This document shows, piece by piece, positions 53,715 through 64,000 of a stretch of 64,000 nt of DNA. The notes under the pieces were generated by a model. That model saw only the letters and a list, made by a program, of their open reading frames with translations. It ran no database searches and was not told the DNA's origin. Each line of letters starts with the position of its first letter. Positions within the stretch are counted from its first letter, which is position 1. A program made the position numbers and the translations under genes. Origin of the DNA: Octopus vulgaris (lineage: Eukaryota); the NCBI GenBank assembly GCA_951406725.2, contig OX597818.1:139190001-139254000 (forward strand), read 5' to 3'.

Positions 53715-53905
53715 AGTATCGAGCTGCCAGAACCATTACCACGCCGCACAAATGATTAGTGGCATTTCGTCCGTCTTTACATTCTGAGTTTGAAATCCGC
53801 TAGGGTTACATCCATTGGTGTCGCTAAAATAAGTACACTTCAAGTGCTGTGGTCGATGTAATTGACTTCCCTCTCTCCTCAAAAGCTATCGAAATTTTGA
53901 AACAC
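53715..53905 (+). mobile_element. Degenerate family A SINE
   Basis: GAGCTGCCAGAACC...GGCATTTCGTCCGTCTTTACATTCTGAGTT...TAAAATAAGTAC. Confidence 0.6.
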
Positions 53906-54113
53906 TTGCTTTGTTCGTTTGTTTCAGTCATTGGATTGCAGACATGACCTAAACCGGTTCTTGTGTCAGGTACTTATTGTATTGCTTTCTTATTGCCTAA
54001 CGCGGATGTAAACAGACGAACACTGCTTACGAAGCGGAGAAATAGAACTAAAACACCAAGGCTTGCTCATTTATACATACATACATACATACATACATAC
54101 ATACATACATACA

Positions 54114-54144
<31 letters not shown>

Positions 54145-54979
54145 GCATATATGTTTATATATATAATGTGTGTGTATATATATATATACAATTAAGGGAA
54201 TGGAACTAGTAAAATGTAAGCTACTGATGTTTCTTAACTAACTGTAGCTTATTACGCAAGCGTTGCGCAATGAACTCGTCCTAGCGTAGCTAATCATTAG
54301 GCTCTGAATACCTGAAAGAAGTTTATATTGCCGCACAGAATTTATGTCTCTGTCTCCATCTGTCTGTCTGTGTCTCCTACTCCACTCTCTCTCTCTCTCT
54401 CTCTCCCCTCTCTCTCTATACATATAAAATTAGAAAAAATCCCCACCTTTTATCAATTCAAAATGAATAATTAAATTACACCATCGAGAAAATTACATAT
54501 AATAGAAAATTAAAAATTAAAATAACAATAAAATGTAACGATTAAGTAAATTGCAAAAGTAATAATAATAATAATGTATATAATAGGTTTGGATTATATT
54601 CCCTCAAATAATAATTATTATATATATATATATATTATGTGCGTGTGCATGGCCTACTGGTTAGGCTGTTGTGTGTACGATTGTAAGGTCGTGGGTTCGA
54701 TTCCTGTACCTGGTGATCTGTTGTGTCTATAAGCATGGCACCTCATTTCACACTGCTTAAATTTACTCAACCACGTCTTCCAGCTGGTTCAAAAACGGGA
54801 CGTTTATGTTTGCATATAAGCTGCCAGCCTATAATCAATGACGATGGCTTGATGTCACACACACACACGCACACACACTCAGGCACAAGTACTGATTGTC
54901 CTTACTGTCTCTAATGTCTGCAGCACAGGAGTTTAAATTATGAAAATTTTAAACCCTTACTACATATTATTACGCAATT

Positions 54980-56175
54980 CGATGGATTCTCTTATTTGTA
55001 TGGCTAAACCTTTGTTGTTGACAAGAATGAAAAAGAACATAAGAAAATCTGGTGGCCTGGAAAACACCACTCTGGAAATGGGGGATAGGCGTCGTGAAGA
55101 ACACATTGGCGGACTTTGGAAGGACGCAGAATAAATGGATATCTTGGAAAAACTACAAAGACAAGTGTGACATTATAACTATAGAAGGGGGAAGATGAGC
55201 GTGCAACGAAAACAAGTTTATACAGTTAATGTTTCATGGCTACCTAATGAAGGTGCATAGATCAGTGGTTAGAGCGTCAGGATAACATTCACTAGGTAGT
55301 GAGTTCGTTTCCCGGATCGGGCTGTGTGTTGTGTCCTTGAGCAAGACACTTTATTTCATATTGCTCAGCTGTAGAAATGAGTTGCCTTTCTCTTGGTTAA
55401 CATCGGTGGAGTAGAGAAGGGAGACTAGTATGCACGAGCGACTGCTGGTCTTCCACAAACAAGCTTGCCCGTACCTTGGTGGGTAACTTTCTAGGTGCAA
55501 TCGTATGGTCATTCGGGCCCGAAGTGGGGGTCTTTATTCTTCATGGGTACCTCTAGGAAGAGCTGAGTAAAGAATGTTTTTCTGGTGCATGTTGTGAAAA
55601 TGGAACCAACGAGGCTGAAATTCCTCTTGGGTTTTCTTCCTCGAACGATGTTACGTGGTAGAGCTAAAGTGACACAGCTATTAGTCATCGAGGCAAAAGT
55701 TATGCTCTACTGTGGCATGTTCTGATAGCACGCAACTCATGCCTTGTGGAGTATGCCTGCTGGCATAACCTAGACACGAGCATCGTTGCCTATGAAGAAA
55801 AATAACAACACACCAGCCTTAATGTAATAAAATCAAAACCCAGTTGCATCCTGTGTTTATTTTTCCGCAACGAGGGTGATAAAGGACAAGAGAGGGGTGT
55901 AAATAAAGAAAAACAGACACCCAGACTTCTGCACGCTACTAATGACTGGAAGGTGCCGCTGGATATAAGATAAAATTAATTGCATTTGTTTTCAGAAAGC
56001 GATACCCCCAATTAGAAGCAACGCCCTAAATTTCATTTAAAATGTCCTTATTCTAGAATTAGTGATGTTTACGGAAGACAATATTGAGTGAATTGATAAA
56101 AAAAAGCGCTTAAAATATAAAGCACTTAAAGAATCATATAAGCTACAATGATGGCAGTAAACTGTACATCCAGTA
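54980..56175 (+). mobile_element. Possible highly decayed RLE-type LINE remnant
   Basis: Weak translated motifs LLHATNDWKVPLD and ILELVMFTEDNIE...KYKAL resemble the ELT.P.E.NI...KY..L nuclease region; boundaries uncertain. Confidence 0.4.
55250..55540 (+). mobile_element. tRNA-derived SINE
   Basis: TAGATCAGTGGTTAGAGCG...GAGTTCGTTTCCC boxes, then TGTGTCCTTGAGCAAGACACTTTA. Confidence 0.7.
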
Positions 56176-56187
56176 GAAGTGAGATGT

Positions 56188-56576
56188 GGATGGAAGCACT
56201 CCGTCGGTTACGACGATGAGGGTTCCGGTTGATCCGAATCAACGGAACAGCCTGCTCGTGAAATTAACGTGTAAGTGGCTGAGCACTCCACAGACACGTG
56301 TACCCTTAACGCAGTTCTCGGGGATATTCAGCGTGACACAGAGAGTGACAAGGCCGGCCCTTTAAAATACAGGTACAACAGAAACAGGAAGTAAGAATGA
56401 GAGGAAGTTGTGGTGAAAGAGTACAGCAGGGATCACCACCATCCCTGCCGGAGCCTCATGGAGCTTTTAGGTGTTTTCGCTCAATAAACACTCACAACGC
56501 CCGGTCTGGGATTCGAAACCGCGATCCTACGACCGCGAGTCCGCTTCCCTAACCACTGGGCCATTGCGCCGCCACT
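56188..56576 (-). mobile_element. Full-length family B SINE with 12-bp TSD
   Basis: TSD GAAGTGAGATGT at 56176-56187 and 56577-56588; highly similar to 11165-11554. Confidence 0.9.
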
Positions 56577-57108
56577 GAAGTGAGATGTAATATAGTTGTA
56601 GTTACATCCAATATGTTTTACGTGGATGGCTTTGAACTTAGAAAGGACAGCGGTACAGTGTTACGTGAGCTTGGCGGAGATGGAGAGATGTAGAAATTGC
56701 TTCATATAGTAGACGTAGAAGTTCTCATGGACGTATCAAAGATGAGAATTTTTGTCAATAAATAATAACAACACACTTGATTCATACTCAAATTATTTCT
56801 TCATTGATATAATTACGTATTGATTTCCTCAACTAAGTTTACATTAAATAAAGTTTGTTAATTTTATTGATATTCTATTGCGTAGCCTTTAGTTTCTATC
56901 TAATGACCCCTGTGATATGGATCATCCCATTAACCGCACCCTATAACATTTTACACTTGCTATATCCCCCATTAATTTAAAATCAGAAGTAGTCTCGCAA
57001 CCTCTGGATATTGTCTTGGAATTTACTTCTTTACCATTTCTTACTATTATTTACTATTCTATTATTTTATTTTACTTTTTCACATGTTTGATTCTTACCA
57101 TTATGGAC

Positions 57109-57247
57109 TCTCTGATGAAGCTTTGGGGTTCAATTATTGTCCAACTTCTGTTCAACCATTGTACAGTCTCTGTATAATATTTGTATAATATCGATATGAT
57201 GTGTCACCTTTGACACGGTGGACCCCAAAGTAGAAACAGCCGTAAGA
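57109..57247 (+). ncRNA. Type I hammerhead motif with very long stem II loop
   Basis: UCU-CUGAUGA(57112-57118)-a-GCUUUGGGGUUCA...UGGACCCCAAAGU-a-GAAA(57233-57236)-CAGCC-GUA-AGA. Stem II is 13 bp; stem I is only 3 bp. Confidence 0.6.
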
Positions 57248-57422
57248 ATAAAATTTTATTCACTCATTTATTCTTATTTATTGATACATATGACTGTAAT
57301 TAATAAATAGATGTAAAATAAATAGATGTATGTCTGTCTATCTGTATGTATGTATGTATGTATGTATGTATGTATGTATGTCTATATTATGTATGATGTA
57401 TGTATGTATGTATGTATGTATG

Positions 57423-57457
<35 letters not shown>

Positions 57458-57458
57458 A

Positions 57459-57504
<46 letters not shown>

Positions 57505-57558
57505 ATATATATATATATATATATTTATATAGGACCATTTCATGGTAAACTTAAGTAA

Positions 57559-57987
57559 TACTAAATAATTAGGGTTCAGCAAAGATTTGCTTTACCACAT
57601 ACCGAAGTTTAGAAATAGCAGCCAAAAGACGTTAGCTATTTCTTCTACTTTAAAAAGGGACTCACAGAAAAACCAAAATACTTGAAAACAATCCACACAG
57701 GCAGAGAGGAAGAAGTAACGAAAATCAATCAATATCTGGTCACCTATGGACGCGCGTTTCGGAATTAGGTTGGAATGAAGAATATAGAATTATGCTTTAC
57801 GAACCGTTTTCCTCTTCAGCATAGGACCCCATCAATAATTAAATATTGAAATATTAAATTCGAAGGTAGTGGAATAATTGAACATATCTCTCCACCTAAC
57901 GGTATCAGGAGCCCCTTTTTAAAGTAGAATAAATAGCTAAACGGTATGTGGTAAAGCAAATCTTTGCTGAACCCTAATTATTTAGTA
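57559..57987 (-). mobile_element. Second foldback element of the 18985 family, with a hammerhead in the spacer
   Basis: Outer arms 57559-57604 and 57942-57987; inner arms ~57632-57663 and ~57909-57940. Arm sequence is shared with 19118-19174. Confidence 0.85.
57743..57825 (-). ncRNA. Minimal type I hammerhead ribozyme
   Basis: Minus strand: CCUAUG-CUGAAGA-GGAA...UUCC-GAAA-CGCGC-GUC-CAUAGG. Perfect 6-bp stem I, 4-bp stem II base, palindromic ACGCGCGU stem III, GUC triplet. Confidence 0.88.
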
Positions 57988-58031
57988 TCCATCCATATAT
58001 ATATATATATGTGTGTGTGTATAAATGTATG

Positions 58032-58088
<57 letters not shown>

Positions 58089-59206
58089 GCATTTACATCT
58101 ATATGTACACACGCATACACGCATACACACATGCACATATACACGCATACACAAATACACACATACACAGATACACTCATACACACACCGATCTTCTACT
58201 ATTGCACTAGCTTACACTATTCTCTAATTCGTATACTTCTATAGCAATCTGAGTACATTCTGTATTGGTGTGGCATTCCTGAAGAATCTAATCTAATTTT
58301 AGACAACATTTTTCACTTAGAGACTCTCTGAATCCGCACCCACTAGTCTAGACTAGTGTCGAGGCAGCTGAGAAGGACTCAAGAAAAATGCTTTAGAAAA
58401 AAATCTCTAACTGTTATTCTTGTCTGTAGGTCTATTCATTACTAACGGTGGTGATGTTGTTGACGCAGTCTTAACGTTCACGCTGACATCGACCACTCGA
58501 ATTCAATGATCTCACAGCTAAATTAAATATTGATACAACCAAGACAAATTACGAATACAGAGTTAAAGATATCGCAGTAATGGTAGCTTATCATAACGTA
58601 CATGTCATCATATCGTTTATTAATGAGAATAACTGATGTTGTTATTCTATGTAGTTTTACGCCGCTTACACGAATCTCTCGTATCAGTTGATAGCGCATA
58701 GTCGCGTATATACACGTTACCCAACCCTACTATGGCTCCAAGATAGACTACTTCACCTGGTTTCTTTGTCTCACACCGAAATGGCGTGTAACTGTAATAC
58801 AGTTTAAACATATTAACCACTTCCCCCCTACAGAGGCTCTGTCTCCAATCGTAAATCTCTTACTGGAAAAAAAAAGACGCACTTTAACATCATCCAGGAA
58901 AGTTGATCTAAGGAAATTCTAGTTTTACTGCACTTCATAACTGGAAGAAAAGCGCAGTTAATTACACAGCCTTGCCCATCTCTCTCTTACACTCTCTCTT
59001 CCTCTCTCTTCCTCTCTCTCCCTATCTTTCTTTCTTTCTCTCTCTCTTTCTTTTTCTCTTTCTCTTTCTCTCTGGTTCTCCGTCTCTTTCTCTTTTCGTA
59101 TACATACATGCACACATACGTACACACATATTTATACTTCTCTCTATATGTAGCTAGTTAGCTAACCTCGTACAGGCTTCCATAGAACCTGGTATCCCCC
59201 TCTCAC

Positions 59207-59282
<76 letters not shown>

Positions 59283-59831
59283 TCAAATAAGAGTGTCCAT
59301 CATATCTATAATTATATATTATATATCTATAATTATATATATATATATATATATGAATATATATATGAATATATTCACATGTACACACATACATATATCT
59401 GTGTAATTTTGTGTGTATGTGTGTATTTGTGCACATGTGTATGCTTGGCAAACAGTCCTGGTTGCTTATGTCCAAGTAACATAGCGAGTCGGCAAAAATG
59501 AAATCGATGGAATAAGTATCAGAATTCAAACAAGTACTGGTGTGAATTTGTTTGACTAAACCCTTGAAGGCAATGCTGTAGCCGGACAACAGTCAAATAA
59601 GTGGTACAAGTAAAAGAATAAAGGACACATACACACACGTATATATAGGGAGAATTCACGAAAAAAAATAACAAAAGACCAAAACAGGTGATGTAGAAAA
59701 CAAACAGATGTATCAGTATAACGCTCAGGAATTGAAAAAGTCTTTTATGTTTCGAGCCTATGCTCATCCACAGAAAGGAGCACAGAAAGAAACAAGGAGA
59801 GAAAAAATATATACACGCGTATATATATGTA

Positions 59832-60045
59832 CAGGGTGCGGCAGAACTACCTCTCACATTTGAAAGGTTGACAAAAGGAAAAAGAAATAACATTTATGAA
59901 AGATTAATGCTACTGTTGTTTAAACAAATGATTACAGTTTTTATTCATTAGCTAAATAAAAACATCATTGGCACTTGCATAATAAGTTCATTAGCAACAC
60001 ATAGGTGAAAGTTTAAAATGTGGGAGGCATTTCTGCCGCACCCTG
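59832..60045. mobile_element. Tc1/mariner-type MITE
   Basis: TIRs TA-CAGGGTGCGGCAGAACTACCTCTCACATTT and AAATGTGGGAGGCATTTCTGCCGCACCCTG. Confidence 0.8.
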
Positions 60046-60743
60046 GATATATGTATATAAATGTCATTTACTGTCGTAGTCATCTGCTTACACACAGTCA
60101 CGCTATGTAATAATGATATATCTATACGCAGTCACTTATTTCAGCAATGGCATGATGTTTCTGCTATGATTATTACATCATTGTGCCTTCATTGACAGTA
60201 ATTTACTTCCGATGTTATCTTTAATAACTATCAAACATGTATTACCATGTCGTCAAAAATGACGGCCGTTTTTTTATAAATTAAGACTTCGTATTTTGTA
60301 TTTAAATTTTTCAGACTCCAGACTTGGAACTTTGCTAAAAGGCTGAGACTAGTAATTCCTAAATTTGATTGAGTATACTCCTCATAGAAAATGATGCATC
60401 ACAAAAGGATACAATTATGCTGTCACTTGCGTCATCAAAACTGACATCATTTTACTTACTAACGTCTTTTACTGGTCAACTTAATGTTTTAATGATGAAT
60501 GAAAATTTTAATTAAAATTATTATTTAATACTTACAGAAATATAACAGTATTACTTACAAAACATTGAAATATTTTGACTATAGGAATTTTGTGTGGTGG
60601 TTTTTCGGGGGGGGGGGGGGCTTTTGATTGTTTCTAAGGGTTTATCAACAGTCGTTGGTTTATCGAGGGTTCTATTTAGTTGGATTCGTGCGAGTTACCC
60701 TCGATATCGCTACGATTTATTAATGTATTTGATTTGGAAAAAT

Positions 60744-61125
60744 TGGAAGCACTCCGTCGGTTACGACGACGAGGGTTCCGGTTGATCCGATCAACGGAAC
60801 AGCCTGCTCGTGAAATTAACGTGCAAGTGGCTGAGCACTCCACAGACACGTGTACCCTTAACGTAGTTCTCGGGGATATTCAGCGTGACACAGAGCGTGA
60901 CAAGGCCGGCCCTTTGAAATACAGGTACAACAGAAACAGGAAGTAAGAGTGAGAGAAAGTTGTGGCGAAAGAGTACAACAGGGATCGCCACCATCCCCTG
61001 CCGGAGCCTCGTGGAGCTTTAGGTGTTTTCGCTCAATAAACACTCACAACGCTCGGTCTGGGAATCGAAACCGCGATCCTACGACCGCGAGTCGGCTGCC
61101 CTAACCACTGGGCCATTGCGCCACC
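60744..61125 (-). mobile_element. Full-length family B SINE
   Basis: Highly similar to 11165-11554 and 56188-56576. Confidence 0.9.
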
Positions 61126-61403
61126 ACTAGGAAAAAGATATTTACCATGTGTATTAGTAACTTTAAGAAAATTTATATATTTTTATAGATCAAGAAATAG
61201 TTTAATTGAAATAACAACGTTGGAAGTTATTGGTTAAAAGGAAGTTTCATTCTTTGATATGGTACTGATAATGCAATTATAAGTACTTATCCTTGTTTCA
61301 GATCTTATTTTGTCTTTCATCGTTTACTTGTTTCACTCGTACTATTGTGGACTTTCTGCGGTACCGCTTTTAAGAGTATAGTAGAACAAATCGATCCTAT
61401 TAT

Positions 61404-61871
<468 letters not shown>

Positions 61872-63142
61872 CTAGTATTTATACTTTTAAAGTCGGTTAC
61901 ATATTCTATCGGTCGCTTTGCGAGTTTCTTAACCACGTAGCCATGTCAATACTCCTTTCATAACTTTGAGTATCAAAAAAAGTTTTCTTGTTTTCTATTG
62001 TTACTTATCTGTTTATTTAAATTGCTCCCAATTGTCTCCCCCTTGAAAGTAACATAAATCTAACACATTCTCATTATCATTATCTCACTCATTATTCCTC
62101 TGATTGCCAGTCAAAGCAGTGTGATAGACACCTCATCTTTCAACTCTATTTTACTTCATATGTCATTCTGTAATCGCATTCTACAGAATCCTACCTCGCA
62201 ACTATTTAGTCACGGGTAAGTCCTGACTGAACAGACCTATGATTAAATGCGTTCCAGCCGAGACCCTCACACTGTTTCAGATACAGAGTTTCGAAATTGG
62301 AAAAACTTGAATTTTTTATTGTGTTGCTGGTGGTGTTGTTGGATTCAGAAAAAGGAATTTGGTTCAGGTAAAAGTTTATCATCATTAGTTCACGAATAAG
62401 TGGGATAAACTTCGTTATGTGCTATTTTTATTATGTAGTGGTTTGATCTTTACAGCACAGACCGGCGGTATTATCCTTGTCCGGCCATTTTAAAACTTCT
62501 TGATCACTAATGCACATTTCTACGCGGTAGATTAGTCTACGCATTGTAAAGTCCGCAATAAATTCCAGCCCTTGATACACTTTCAGACCAGATAAATCGG
62601 ATCACTGATCTGAAAGAGCGTCCATGTTTACTGTTTAACACGAGAAAGAAGACTAGAGCGATGAATGTCAAAATTCGGTTATGTAAGCAATAGAGTACCA
62701 ACTTTTAGCACGCGAGCGCTGAAGACTGTGCGGTCAAACTAAAGACAGTTCTGTCGGAAGTGCGATAATATCTAACCTCCCCGAGTATTAGTAACCAGGA
62801 TTGATGCCATGTGTGTGAGTATGCGTATGTGTGCATGTGCGTACGTGTGCGTATGTTTGTGTGTGGGTGCTTGTGTGTGTGTGAGTGTATGTGTTTGGTG
62901 ACTAGAATTACTTGGTAGAGTTATTAATCTGTTTACGTAGATCTGGTGTTTGAATTAATATATCTACATTTATTGTTGTAGTTATTGTTCTTGAGCAGTA
63001 GACCAGCATTGATCAAATGTGTTATTGCTGTGACGACGATGTCATCGTTTATTTTTCCCTTCTAATGAATTGTATATACGGCTCCATTATCTAACACTCG
63101 CACACACACACACGCACACATATATATAAACACACGCATACA

Positions 63143-63180
<38 letters not shown>

Positions 63181-63202
63181 TATATATATATATATGTATA
63201 TA

Positions 63203-63592
63203 GTAGCAGTATCGCCCGGCGTTGCTCGGGTTTGTAAGGGAAATAACTATATAAGCATTTTTAGAGATGTAAAGTATAATAGCCATCTCAATATGGCTAA
63301 CCACAAGGGGGGTTACTGTAGCTTTTTACGTTCTGAGATTTAAAAATAAATTTTTAGAAAGTTACTTCCCTTATATATGCCAAAAATGCATTAAAAATGG
63401 GAAAATTTGATGGTAATTTTTTTAAAATCGTAGACTCATCGTAGACGCGCTCTAATACCCAAAAGGGCTCGATATGAATCACGACTATAAGATACCCGGT
63501 TTTGGTTAAACTGCACCGCAAAATGTGGGAGTAGTTAGGAATCTAAATCGTAGGAGACAGACAGCACACAACCTCACTTTTATATATAAAGA
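63203..63592 (-). mobile_element. Non-autonomous Helitron-like element
   Basis: Minus strand starts A|TCTTTATATATAAAA and ends CCCGAGCAACGCCGGG hairpin plus CGATACTG-CTAC|T (CTAG in the 22846 copy). Confidence 0.85.
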
Positions 63593-64000
63593 TATATATA
63601 TATATGTGATGTAGTATAATATAATATATGTGTATGTATAATATATAATATGTATGAATACTTCCCTTTTTTTATATTCCCGGCTATGATTTCAAAGGTT
63701 CTTGCTTTGGTTCATAAAAAAAGATTATGTTGTTGTTAGGTTTACTACTTAACAGCATTCCAGCACTGATCGAACATATCTGTGATCAAAAGTATTTCAC
63801 CTGTGATAAGCCTTTCTTTTATCCAGCTAGGGTATATTGAAGGTGACATAATCCAATAAATCTCTATACTTTTAAGATGACTTACTTATGAATTGAAAGA
63901 GTTCGGGCTCTTATTTGTAGCAGAACAGTGTACGGTTTCGTGAAAATATAATTGGTAATATACGGCTTTAGTAAATCTGCACTAATTCTTGAACATCTTG

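Overview
AT-rich, microsatellite-saturated animal DNA with no confidently identifiable host gene. The SINE families and repeat landscape resemble an Octopus (cephalopod) genome; this is inferred from recalled repeat sequences, not a search. Nearly all six-frame ORFs are translations of (TA)n, (CA)n, (TATG)n, (TATC)n, (ATT)n or (GAA)n. Real coding signal comes only from transposons: a decayed RTE-like LINE (2.7-5.1 kb), an R4/Dong-like RLE LINE in (TAA)n (12.0-13.5 kb), mariner relics, Penelope-like GIY-YIG fragments (28.5-29.5, 34.6-35.0, 43.6-43.9 kb) and four young 5'-truncated Tx1/L1-like copies embedded in (TATC)n. About 8.8 kb (34091-42995) is repeated after a 100-N gap (43099-51812), probably uncollapsed haplotypes, with a SINE presence/absence difference. 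The most interesting signal is a set of minimal type I hammerhead-ribozyme motifs with palindromic stem III. Several lie in short non-coding foldback elements, two of which show compensatory stem changes. One degenerate motif lies in a tRNA-headed SINE that has a Penelope-style inverted terminal duplication.
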